A stretch of DNA of 62,176 bases from the NCBI GenBank assembly GCA_014382905.1, contig JACNIU010000151.1:1-62176 (forward strand). Reading direction: 5' to 3'. The DNA is from Desulfobacterales bacterium (lineage in GTDB: Bacteria > Desulfobacterota > DSM-4660 > Desulfatiglandales > Desulfatiglandaceae). Below the pieces are notes generated by a model. That model had not been told where the DNA came from, made no database searches, and saw nothing but the letters and a program-made list of their open reading frames with translations. This document shows, piece by piece, positions 1-8,964 of this stretch (within the stretch, counting starts at the first letter, position 1; each line of letters begins with the position of its first letter). A program made the position numbers and the translations under genes.

Positions 1-23
1 CATAGCCCACAACACTATATGTT

Positions 24-48
24 GTATGTACTTGAGTCAAGTACATAC
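24..48. promoter_or_regulatory. Perfect inverted repeat GTATGTACTTGA-G-TCAAGTACATAC; candidate operator upstream of the first TRAP operon
   Basis: Read directly: 12-bp arms with a 1-nt spacer, about 190 bp upstream of the TAXI receptor start. No regulator gene is visible in the window. Confidence 0.35.
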
Positions 49-237
49 CCCAGTTATAGAATTAATTAACTTTTCTGTGGCACTCTAACACCAGTTCTCA
101 TTAAATCCAGTGATCCTGCAGTTTAACGGGATCAGTATGCCTTCCATAAACCCTTAATCATTAAAAGGAGGTGATGACGACAAATCGATGTGAAGGACTT
201 GACCGCTTTCAACCTTTAATTGAAAAGGAGAAGAAAA

Positions 238-1296
238 ATGAGAAAATCCTTTTGTGCCCTCTTGACGATTACTTTCCTTCTGGCCATTTTTTCCGTCCCT
301 GTCATCCCAACTGCTTCGGCGGGCGATCTTCCCAAGCTCATTACATTCACTTCATACAAAGTAGGCTCTCTTGGATACACCGCTACAAGCGGATTCCGGG
401 AGGCCATTGAGCGGCTCACCACGATGAAAGTCAGGGTTGAACCCTATGATACCGATGTGGCGCGTCTCCTTCCGCTCAAGAGCGGAGAAAGCGAATTAAG
501 CATCCTCACCGGCGCAACAGGAACGTGCGCCAGTTACGGCATCGCCGAGTTTTCCAGTAAAGACTGGGGGCCTCAGCCGATCCGACAGGTATGGCGGGGG
601 CTGACCCTGTACCTCAGTCTTCTCGCAAGGGGTGATTCGGGACTCAAATATCCTGCCGACATAAAGGGGAAAAGGCTCCCCAAAGTTCCCGGATGGCCTG
701 CCGGCATGTTGACGATCGAGGGGATCATGGCATTCGGAAACGTTACATGGAATGATGTGACGGCCGTCCCTATGAGCGGCTATGTAGACCAGCTCAAGGG
801 GATCATCCAGGGCCAGATTGATGTTGGCTATGCTGCGACGGTCACGCCGACGGTGCAGGAACTTGAGGCGGGGCCCCATAAGGCAGGATGGATTCTGCTG
901 CCCAAAGATGATAAGGAAGGATGGAAAAGGCTCCAGACAATCGCCCCATGGCTGACACCGGGAGTATGCAAAAAGGCCCCGGGCCTTCCAGAAGGCCAAA
1001 CCATGGATGTCGGGTCGTATCCATACAGCATCTGGGCATACGAGCAGGTGGACCCTGATTTGGTATATGCGGTGGTCAAGGCCATGGACAAGGGCTTTGA
1101 TATTTACAAAGGGATGCACAAGGCGATGCCGGCCTTCAATATAAAGGCGGCAGTGAAAGATCCCAGCCCGGTTCCCTTTCACGAGGGGGCCATCCGGTAT
1201 TTCAAAGAGGTCGGCGTCTGGACACCCGAACTGGATGCATGGCAGAAGCAACAGCTCAAGGACTTTCAAGAGCGGCTGGCCAAGTACAAGAAATAG
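238..1296 (+). CDS. TAXI-family TRAP transporter solute-binding protein
   Basis: ORF track 220..1296 starts at TTG. The ATG at 238 follows AAAGGAGAAG. Signal peptide MRKSFCALLTITFLLAIFSVPVIPTASAG. Size and sequence are typical of TAXI receptors, and a fused TRAP permease follows. Confidence 0.85.
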   Translation: MRKSFCALLTITFLLAIFSVPVIPTASAGDLPKLITFTSYKVGSLGYTATSGFREAIERLTTMKVRVEPYDTDVARLLPLKSGESELSILTGATGTCASYGIAEFSSKDWGPQPIRQVWRGLTLYLSLLARGDSGLKYPADIKGKRLPKVPGWPAGMLTIEGIMAFGNVTWNDVTAVPMSGYVDQLKGIIQGQIDVGYAATVTPTVQELEAGPHKAGWILLPKDDKEGWKRLQTIAPWLTPGVCKKAPGLPEGQTMDVGSYPYSIWAYEQVDPDLVYAVVKAMDKGFDIYKGMHKAMPAFNIKAAVKDPSPVPFHEGAIRYFKEVGVWTPELDAWQKQQLKDFQERLAKYKK

Positions 1297-1317
1297 CAGA
1301 TCTCACCAATTGGTAAT

Positions 1318-1350
1318 GGGCCGGAATGTCTGACGTCCGGCCCATTTTTG
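1318..1350 (+). terminator. Hairpin GGGCCGGA-N10-TCCGGCCC followed by ATTTTTG; partial terminator/attenuator between receptor and permease genes
   Basis: Read directly. The position between the binding-protein and membrane-component genes is typical for differential expression. Confidence 0.5.
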
Positions 1351-1407
1351 TAAAGATCCGGGCCCGATGAATGATGTTTCCCGTAACTGAATCGAGGAAT
1401 CCAGTGT

Positions 1408-3375
1408 ATGGACAAAAATAGTAGAACGGAAAAACCAAAAACCATGCCGGCAGGCAGATACCGGGAACTTAAAGGGATTTACAGGTGGTATTTTCTTGGC
1501 TTTACCGCCTTTGCCGCCATCCTCTCTTTTATTCATGTCTTTAAAATCGTCCTGTTTGACTATATGATGCCGGAGATGTCTTACTTCGCCGTCTTGATCG
1601 CAGCTTTTGTCTCACCCACTTTCTTACTGTTCCCTGCCACCAAAAGATCGCCGAGGGACCGGGTACCCTGGTACGATGCGCTATTTGCCCTCGCCAGCCT
1701 CCTGGGTCCCATCTATATTTTTATCTATAACATGGATATCCTCCTCGGCGGATGGGAGGTGTTTCCCCCTCCGACGGCAAAGGTCCTGGCACTGATTATG
1801 TGGGCACTCATCATTGAAGCTGTCCGGCGGGCCGGTGGTACCATGTTGGCAGCCGTCATTCTCTTGGTGTCACTCTACCCCCTTTTCGCTCACCTCTGCC
1901 CCGGGATCCTGATGGCCAAACAATATTCCCTCTCACGCATCCTGGGTTTCCATTTCTTGGGCATGCAGAGCATTTTCGGTCTTCCCACCCAGGTATTCTG
2001 CCGGCTGCTCATTGGATATATGATATTTGCCGTCACCCTTCAGGTTACGGGTGCTGCCGATTTTTTTATCAACTTCTGCCTTTCCATCTTAGGGTCAGTA
2101 AGAGGCGGGGCTGCCAAGGTCTCGATCCTCTCGAGCGCTTTTTTCGCAACCATGTCCGGGAGCGCCATTGCCAACGTGGTCACCACCGGCGCGGTGACCA
2201 TTCCCACCATGAAACGTTTAGGATACCCGCCCTATTATGCGGCCGCCATTGAGGCATGCGCCTCCAAAGGGGGGGTGCTCACGCCGCCCGTAATGGGAGT
2301 TACGGCCTTTATTATGGCCGATTTCATAGGGGTGTCTTATGCCCAAGTGTGTATCGCCGCCGCCCTCCCGGTGTTTCTCTACTGGGTTTCGCTTTTTGCC
2401 CAGACCGACTTCTATGCGGCAAAAATGGGGCTGCGTGGTTTGCCCAGACATGAGCTTCCCTCGCTGTTGCCGACCCTCAAGAACGGCTGGTTCTACATCG
2501 TGGCCCTTGGGGTACTTGTTTATGTCATCTTTATGCACAGGATGGAGGAGCTGGCTCCCTATTATGCCACGGCTGTCCTTCTGATTCTGGCCAACTTCCG
2601 GAAGGACACCAGGGTAAATAGGGGAATGGTCATCCGGCTGACAGACGGGACCGGGAAGATACTGACAGAACTCATGGGGATACTGGTCGGCGTGGGCATG
2701 ATCATCGGGGCGCTCTCCCTCACCGGGACCGCCCACGGGCTTTCCGGATCCTTGACACGGCTCGGGGGTGACCACATGCTCCTCCTCCTTATTATAGGAG
2801 CGGTGACCAGTTTTCTATTGGGCATCGGCCTGACCATTTCAGCCTGTTATATCTTCTTGGCCATGCTCCTCGCCCCTACCCTCGTGAACCTCGGGGTTTA
2901 CGAGATGTCCGCCCATCTGTTTCTGGTCTACTGGGGGTCGGTCTCTTATATTACGCCGCCTGTTGCGCTGGCCGCCTATGCAGCGGCGAGCATCGCCGGA
3001 TCGGATCCGCTCAAGACTGCATTTCAAGCCGTAAAATTGGGGTTCGTCTCTCTCCTGGTACCCTTCTTCTTCGTCTATAATCCGGCACTGGTCGCCCACG
3101 GGACCTTTCTTCAGATCCTCCAGGCCATGGGTACGGCCACACTGGGCATCATTCTGCTCAGCGCAGGGTTTGAGGGGTACTGCTTTTTTCTGAAAAAAAT
3201 CTCCATCCCTGTTCGCATCCTCTTTATGGCAGCGGGATTCCTTGTGTTTCATCCGAAAGGTACGACGGATTTAATCGGTCTTGGCCTGATTCTTTTGGGC
3301 CTGGCCGTCCACTATATGGGAAAGCCGGTGATAAAAAAACGGGAAGCCCCACCCATAGAAACTACGAAAACCTGA
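1408..3375 (+). CDS. TRAP transporter fused permease (TAXI-type DctQ/DctM fusion)
   Basis: 655-aa highly hydrophobic multi-span ORF adjacent to the TAXI receptor. Paralogous to 20281..22227, sharing blocks such as VRGGAAKVSILSSAFFATMSGSAIANVVTTG. Confidence 0.85.
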   Translation: MDKNSRTEKPKTMPAGRYRELKGIYRWYFLGFTAFAAILSFIHVFKIVLFDYMMPEMSYFAVLIAAFVSPTFLLFPATKRSPRDRVPWYDALFALASLLGPIYIFIYNMDILLGGWEVFPPPTAKVLALIMWALIIEAVRRAGGTMLAAVILLVSLYPLFAHLCPGILMAKQYSLSRILGFHFLGMQSIFGLPTQVFCRLLIGYMIFAVTLQVTGAADFFINFCLSILGSVRGGAAKVSILSSAFFATMSGSAIANVVTTGAVTIPTMKRLGYPPYYAAAIEACASKGGVLTPPVMGVTAFIMADFIGVSYAQVCIAAALPVFLYWVSLFAQTDFYAAKMGLRGLPRHELPSLLPTLKNGWFYIVALGVLVYVIFMHRMEELAPYYATAVLLILANFRKDTRVNRGMVIRLTDGTGKILTELMGILVGVGMIIGALSLTGTAHGLSGSLTRLGGDHMLLLLIIGAVTSFLLGIGLTISACYIFLAMLLAPTLVNLGVYEMSAHLFLVYWGSVSYITPPVALAAYAAASIAGSDPLKTAFQAVKLGFVSLLVPFFFVYNPALVAHGTFLQILQAMGTATLGIILLSAGFEGYCFFLKKISIPVRILFMAAGFLVFHPKGTTDLIGLGLILLGLAVHYMGKPVIKKREAPPIETTKT

Positions 3376-3399
3376 GTCTTTCATCTCGAGGATGTACGT

Positions 3400-4956
3400 A
3401 TGGTCGACTATTTAAAGAAATTTGATACTGAGCGCTTGGGCGTTGTGACCCATGCCAGGCGGCATCCTGACAAGCCCGCGTTGATTACGGATGATAAGGT
3501 TATAACTTACAAAAAACTGGACCGGGATACGAATTCGTTGGCCAACACCCTTCTTAAGATCGGTATCGTGCCGGGTGACCGAATCTCCATCCTGTTTCAC
3601 AACAGCCCCGAGATACTGAAGTCGTGGAGCGCTGCCGGCAAAATCGGCGTGACGCCCATTGCCATCAACTACCGCTTTAAAGCGGATGAGCTCTCCTATA
3701 TCATCAATGATTCTGAATCCAGGCTTTTGATTTATGGCAGTGAATTTGAAGATACGGTTTCCGCCGCAAAACCGAAGCTCATGAACAGATCAATGAAATA
3801 TGTCCGCCCCGGAGGAAAACCTCCCGATGCGTTTGACCTGGATGAATTGATCCGAAACGCCCCGGACACCCCTCCCGAGGTAGAAACGGGTCTCCATGGT
3901 GTGGCATCCTCCTTGATTTATACATCCGGGACCACCGGAAGGCCAAAAGGGGTCGTTCGAAGCAGTAAGAACCGGCTGAACACCCTGCTCGGTTATGCAT
4001 ACAATTTTGAATCCACTTATGATGATGTTCATATTGTGGCCGGCCCGCTGTATCATGCCGCACCCTATGCATGGGCCGCCTTTTCGCTCATCTTAGGAAA
4101 CACCGTCGTTTTAATGCCCAGGTTTGACGCGGAGGAGTTTCTCCGTCTGGTCCAGAAATATCGAGTGACTACCACCTGGATTGTGCCTACCATGGTCAAC
4201 CGGATTATCAATTTGCCGGCCGGCATCAGGGGGCAGTATGACACCTCTTCCCTTCGGGCCATCACCGTGGGTGGAGAGTCGTTTCCATTTCCCCTGAAAA
4301 AAAAGGCGGTCGAGTTCTTTGGACCGGGTAAGATATTTGAATTCTTCGGGGGCACGGAAACCAGTTGCATCACCTCGCTGAGACCCGAGGATCAGCTCCG
4401 GAAACCGGGAAGCTGTGGAATGGCGGTGGCAGGAAACCAGATCAAACTGTTGGATGAAAACAGGAATGAAGTTGCGCCGGGAGAAATCGGCATCATGTAC
4501 ATTAAGAGCCCGTTCCTGCTGGACGGGTACTACAAGAATCCCGAGGCAACTGCTGCAAATTATCACAACGGTTACTTTACGGTCGGCGACATGGCCAGGG
4601 TGGACGAAGATGGCTATTACTATATCGTGGACCGTGCCGTGGACATGATTATTTCAGGTGGTGTCAACATATACCCGGCTGAGATTGAGGAGGTGCTTTA
4701 CAATCATCCCGCTATTTACGATGTGGGAATCATTGGCGTGCCGGATCCGGACTGGGGAGAGCGAATTGTGGCCTATGTGGTTGCCAAACCTGGAGCGGAA
4801 ATCAGTGAAGAGGACGTGAAGGAATACGTGGGTGAAAAACTTGCGTCCTACAAGAAGCCGAAGGAAGTATATTTCGTGGAGGAACTCCCCTACACCCCTT
4901 CCGGGAAACTGCTGAAACGGGTGCTGAGGGAGCAGTACGGGAGGGTGGACTGTTGA
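3400..4956 (+). CDS. AMP-dependent acyl-CoA synthetase/ligase
   Basis: Motifs YTSGTTGRPKG, GDMARVDEDGYYYIVDR and C-terminal PSGKLLKR of the ANL adenylate-forming superfamily. Confidence 0.9.
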   Translation: MVDYLKKFDTERLGVVTHARRHPDKPALITDDKVITYKKLDRDTNSLANTLLKIGIVPGDRISILFHNSPEILKSWSAAGKIGVTPIAINYRFKADELSYIINDSESRLLIYGSEFEDTVSAAKPKLMNRSMKYVRPGGKPPDAFDLDELIRNAPDTPPEVETGLHGVASSLIYTSGTTGRPKGVVRSSKNRLNTLLGYAYNFESTYDDVHIVAGPLYHAAPYAWAAFSLILGNTVVLMPRFDAEEFLRLVQKYRVTTTWIVPTMVNRIINLPAGIRGQYDTSSLRAITVGGESFPFPLKKKAVEFFGPGKIFEFFGGTETSCITSLRPEDQLRKPGSCGMAVAGNQIKLLDENRNEVAPGEIGIMYIKSPFLLDGYYKNPEATAANYHNGYFTVGDMARVDEDGYYYIVDRAVDMIISGGVNIYPAEIEEVLYNHPAIYDVGIIGVPDPDWGERIVAYVVAKPGAEISEEDVKEYVGEKLASYKKPKEVYFVEELPYTPSGKLLKRVLREQYGRVDC

Positions 4957-5050
4957 TTGTTGATTGAGAAAACCCACACCGGTTGCCACTGTCGGGTGCG
5001 GCCTCATTCGATGTTGGACGTTCGACGTTCGTCCTTCCTCCTTCGTCCTT

Positions 5051-6202
5051 TCATAGGCCCATCATTTTTGTTAGGATCCGCTTCATGATTTCGGTCGTAC
5101 CCCCCACGATGGTCTGAACCCTGACATCGCGATAGAGACGGCAGATCAGATATTCCTCCATGTAGCCATAACCGCCATGGAGCTGGAGGCACTGATAGGC
5201 CACACGATTGGCCATTTCCGTCAGCCACCACTTCCCCATGGACACCCTCCGCGTGATATCTTTCCCCTCCATGTGGTCCTCGATGAGGGATTCCAGGAAC
5301 GTCCGGCCCATCTCAATTTCCGTGGCCATCTCCACCAGTTTAAAGGAATTGTGCTGAAAGCTGGAAACCGGTTTCCCAAACGCAGTGCGGCTCTTTGCAT
5401 ATTCAAGGGTGATCTCTAACATCTTTTCCGCAATGTTTACGGCGCCGATGCAGACCACCAGCCGCTCCTGCTGAAGGTTTTGCATCAGGATATGAAACCC
5501 CCTCCCCTCCTGACCCAGAAGATAGTTAGAGGGCACCCGGCAGTCCTCAAAAATTAGCTCCGCCGTGTCCTGGGAGTGCATCCCCATCTTCCTCAGTTTT
5601 CTCCCCTTAATAAAACCGGGGGCGTCCGCGGGAATCAGGATGAGGCTGACCCCCTTGTAATCGGGTACGGCATCAGGGTCGGTTCTGACGGCAAGGACGA
5701 TCCAGTCGCAGTTGATCCCATTAGAGATGAAGGTCTTCTGGCCGTTGATGACATAGGTGTCCCCCGCTTTGCGGGCGGTGCTCCTGAGGGAAGCCAGATC
5801 AGAACCGCAATCGGGCTCGGTCATGCCGATGGCCATGATGATATCTCCGGTAGTGCACCCGGGCAGGATCATGTCTTTTTGTTCCTCGGTGCCGCTTTCT
5901 ACCAGATAGGGTACCACAATATCCGAATGGACCCGGACCCCGGTGGAAATGCCGGTACACGTGGACCGGGCCAGTTCCTCCTGTACGATCACCGAGTAGC
6001 CGAAATCCACACCTGAGCCTCCATAGGCCTCCGGGATGCAGGGACACAGAAAGCCCTGTTCCCCCATCTTGTGCCACACGTCGCGCGGAACGCCCCTTTC
6101 CTCCTCCCACGTGTCGGTATTGGGTCTGACCTCCTTTTCAACAAAACGACGGACGCTCCGCTGAAAGATACTGTGGTCTTCGGTAAACCACGTTCGGTTC
6201 AT
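5051..6202 (-). CDS. Acyl-CoA dehydrogenase
   Basis: Motifs GMTEPDCGSDLASL and LQLHGGYGYMEEY. The start is moved to ATG 6202 (MNRTWF...), which follows GAGGAGGAGAAGATA. The track start at 6232 would overlap the upstream hydratase gene. Confidence 0.88.
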   Translation of the reverse strand: MNRTWFTEDHSIFQRSVRRFVEKEVRPNTDTWEEERGVPRDVWHKMGEQGFLCPCIPEAYGGSGVDFGYSVIVQEELARSTCTGISTGVRVHSDIVVPYLVESGTEEQKDMILPGCTTGDIIMAIGMTEPDCGSDLASLRSTARKAGDTYVINGQKTFISNGINCDWIVLAVRTDPDAVPDYKGVSLILIPADAPGFIKGRKLRKMGMHSQDTAELIFEDCRVPSNYLLGQEGRGFHILMQNLQQERLVVCIGAVNIAEKMLEITLEYAKSRTAFGKPVSSFQHNSFKLVEMATEIEMGRTFLESLIEDHMEGKDITRRVSMGKWWLTEMANRVAYQCLQLHGGYGYMEEYLICRLYRDVRVQTIVGGTTEIMKRILTKMMGL

Positions 6203-6221
6203 TATCTTCTCCTCCTCGACC

Positions 6222-7001
6222 CTATCTGCCACGAAAAACAGGCTTTCTCTTCTCTAAAAAGGCGGTTACGCCTTCATTTTTGTCCTCGGTCGCGCAGAGC
6301 CGGGAAAAGGCCTCATTTTCCATATCCAGCCCCATTTCAAGAGTTTGCTGGAGTCCCTTTGAGGATACCTTCTTGGCTGCCCTCACCGCCAGAGGGCCTT
6401 TGCTGTTGATCTTGTCTGCGAGTTCCAGAGCGGCCTCTCTCAGAGAAGTGAGGGGAACGACCTTCTGGACCAGCCCGATTCTTAGTGCGGCCTCCGCCGG
6501 TATGGCCTCTCCTGTAAACAACAGATAGTTTGCCCAGCCCGGTCCTACTGCACGGGGGAGCCGCTGGGTCCCGCCGGCCCCCGGGATAAGACCCAGGTTG
6601 ACTTCAGGAAGTCCAAGTTTGATATGATCCGCGGCAATTCTAATATCGCATACCAGGGCCAGTTCCAGTCCGCCGCCAAGGCACAGGCCGTTGATAGCTG
6701 CGATAACGGGCTTTTCAAAATCGTCCAGCCCGCTGAAAAAGTCGCGTGTACCCCGTACCCGCTCGAGCCCGCTCTTACGGTCAAGTTCCACAAGCCCCGG
6801 TATGTTTGCCCCGGCCATAAAAAACTTCTCGCCAGCCCCGGTCACGATAAGGCTCCACACCTGATCATTTTTTGACAATTCCCGCAATTTGTCCATGAAT
6901 TCAACCCTGAGTTCGGGGCTCAGCGCATTTGCCGGAGGATTGTCAATTGTGGCGACAGCCACTTTACCGTTAATCTCAATTCGAACTTTCTCTGACTCCA
7001 T
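6222..7001 (-). CDS. Enoyl-CoA hydratase/isomerase (crotonase family)
   Basis: [24 protein letters not shown] and the FMAGANI oxyanion-hole segments. Confidence 0.9.
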   Translation of the reverse strand: MESEKVRIEINGKVAVATIDNPPANALSPELRVEFMDKLRELSKNDQVWSLIVTGAGEKFFMAGANIPGLVELDRKSGLERVRGTRDFFSGLDDFEKPVIAAINGLCLGGGLELALVCDIRIAADHIKLGLPEVNLGLIPGAGGTQRLPRAVGPGWANYLLFTGEAIPAEAALRIGLVQKVVPLTSLREAALELADKINSKGPLAVRAAKKVSSKGLQQTLEMGLDMENEAFSRLCATEDKNEGVTAFLEKRKPVFRGR

Positions 7002-7274
7002 TTTCTATCCCCCCATGGCACATAAAACCACGTGTGATCAACAATTTCCTTGACATCTAATTTAAAATCTAATTATTTTATTAATTAAATCTGTAACACT
7101 TGCCGATTAACCCAAATTGGGGATGATGTCAACCCCGATGTTGCAAAAACATCCGTAGGACGGTCCACATTTCCGTTGAATCATTAACCCCTGAACCTTT
7201 GAACCTTGAACCTCTAAACCCGGGAACGGTTACCGTTTCCCATACCCGCATAGACAAGAGCCAAGGGATGTATC

Positions 7275-8939
7275 ATGGAAGAAACGCTGAAAGAAATCCA
7301 AAAAGAGAAGGCACGCTGGAGCCGGACAGTTTCCAAAAAGCGCCCCGCTCCCCAGCGTTGCACAGACTGGGGTGAACCGGTCGAGATGCTGTATACCCCG
7401 GCCGACCATGACGACACAGACTATCTGACGGATACCGGCTTTCCGGGGGAATATCCTTTTGTAAGGGGGGTCCATCCCAGTATGTATCTGGGCCGGCCAT
7501 GGACCATGCGACAGTATTCCGGATTCGGTACGGCAGAGGAAACCAACCGTCGATTTAAGTATCTGTTAGAACAGGGCCAGACCGGCCTTTCTGTTGCCTT
7601 TGACCTTCCCACCCAGATCGGATACGACTCAGATCATCCCATGAGCGAAGGAGAAGTGGGCAAGGTGGGCGTGCCGGTAGATTCTCTGAAGGATATGGAG
7701 CTGATCTTCCGGGACCTGCCCCTTGCTAAGCTGTCAACCTCCATGACCATTAACGCCCCGGCAGCAATCCTGTTGGCCATGTATGTGGCCGTCGCAGAGA
7801 AACAGGGGGTTTTATCTGAAAAGCTCCGCGGGACGATTCAAAACGATATCCTGAAGGAATATACGGTCAGGGGGACATATATTTTCCCTCCGCGTCCTTC
7901 CATACGGCTTATCACCGATATCTTTGCCTTCTGCAGCAAACATGTGCCGCTATGGAACAGCATCAATGTGGCGGGTTACCACATGCGTGAGGCGGGCTGT
8001 TCGGCAGTCCAGGAGATCGCCTTCAGTTTTTCCAATGCCATCGCGTATATTGAAGCGGGTCTTCAGGCCGGGCTGGATATTGACAGCTTTGCGCCAAGGA
8101 TAAGCTGGATTTTCAATACCCATAACAAGATATTCGAGGAGGTGGCCAAGTACCGTGCCGCCAGGAAGGTGTGGGCCGACATCGTCCGATACAGGTTCAA
8201 CGCCAGGGACCCGCGATCGTGGATGCTTCGCTTCCACACGCAGACATCGGGTGTCAGCCTCACGGCACAGCAACCGGAAAACAATACGGTACGCGTGGCC
8301 TACCAGACCCTGGCCGCGGTATTAGGGGGGGCACAATCGATTGCGGCATGCTCCTTTGATGAGGCCCTGGCACTCCCCACGGAAAAGTCGGTCAGGCTCA
8401 GCCTCAGAACCCAACAGATTCTTCTGCACGAAGCAGGGGTCACCGATACGGTGGATCCCTTAGGTGGGTCTCACTATGTGGAATCTCTCACCCGGAAAAT
8501 GGTCCGGGATATCAAAAGGCTGATTGAAAAGATCGACGAGATGGGTGGAGCGGTAGCCGCAATAGAGAACGGATATATACAGAAGGAAATCGAAGGGAGG
8601 GCATACGCCTTCCAGAAGGAGATTGAAAATAAGAACCGGATAGTGGTAGGCGTAAATGAATACAGGGTAGAAGAGCGCCCGGACTTTGCTATTTTCAGAC
8701 CGGACCCGGCCCATGCACGCAAACAAATATCCGACCTTCAAAGGCTGAGGAAGACCAGGGATCAGGACAGGGTTAAATCCGCCCTGGATCTCGTGCGAGA
8801 GGCCGCCCGGGAGCATAAAAACCTTATGCCCTTGTTTATAGAAGCAGTAAAAGCGTATGCGACCCTGGGTGAGATCTGTGGTGTTCTCAGAGACGTGTTT
8901 GGAGAGTATCAACAGGCTGATACACTCAGGAAGAGATGA
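7275..8939 (+). CDS. Methylmalonyl-CoA mutase-type acyl-CoA mutase, large catalytic (substrate-binding barrel) subunit; no B12-binding domain
   Basis: PGEYPFVRGVHPSMYLGRPWTMRQYSGFGTAEE, GLSVAFDLPTQIGYDSD, RGTIQNDILKEYTVRGTYIFPP. The 554-aa length matches the split-type large subunit. Confidence 0.9.
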   Translation: MEETLKEIQKEKARWSRTVSKKRPAPQRCTDWGEPVEMLYTPADHDDTDYLTDTGFPGEYPFVRGVHPSMYLGRPWTMRQYSGFGTAEETNRRFKYLLEQGQTGLSVAFDLPTQIGYDSDHPMSEGEVGKVGVPVDSLKDMELIFRDLPLAKLSTSMTINAPAAILLAMYVAVAEKQGVLSEKLRGTIQNDILKEYTVRGTYIFPPRPSIRLITDIFAFCSKHVPLWNSINVAGYHMREAGCSAVQEIAFSFSNAIAYIEAGLQAGLDIDSFAPRISWIFNTHNKIFEEVAKYRAARKVWADIVRYRFNARDPRSWMLRFHTQTSGVSLTAQQPENNTVRVAYQTLAAVLGGAQSIAACSFDEALALPTEKSVRLSLRTQQILLHEAGVTDTVDPLGGSHYVESLTRKMVRDIKRLIEKIDEMGGAVAAIENGYIQKEIEGRAYAFQKEIENKNRIVVGVNEYRVEERPDFAIFRPDPAHARKQISDLQRLRKTRDQDRVKSALDLVREAAREHKNLMPLFIEAVKAYATLGEICGVLRDVFGEYQQADTLRKR

Positions 8940-8964
8940 GTTAAAATTAGAAGGAGGAGATTAT

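Noticed and set aside
78-93. TGGCAC at 78..83 resembles a sigma-54 -24 element upstream of the first TRAP operon
   Set aside because: The -12 position, 10 nt after the GG, reads CC/CA rather than GC, and there is no TTGC-like element. This is insufficient for a promoter call.
171-410. 79-aa ORF starting at the AAGGAGGTGATG motif and overlapping the TAXI receptor gene
   Set aside because: It is out of frame with a well-supported receptor CDS. It has no conserved counterpart at the second TAXI locus, where the equivalent frame is only 16 codons. It is treated as a by-product of the leader motif.
496-1269. Long antisense ORFs opposite confident genes (e.g. 496..1269 -, 12800..13462 -, 15427..16365 -, 10989..11534 -, 56876..57580 -, 57930..58622 +)
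   Set aside because: These are shadow ORFs in GC-moderate coding DNA. They have low-complexity or Arg/Pro/Gly-rich translations with no motifs, and each fully overlaps a gene with clear family signatures.
7002-7274. Possible cobalamin riboswitch upstream of the mutase gene
   Set aside because: I could not find a B12-box-like sequence or the expected GC-rich multi-stem core. The region is AT-rich and promoter-like, with only a short imperfect hairpin (GGGAACGGTTACCGTTTCCC).
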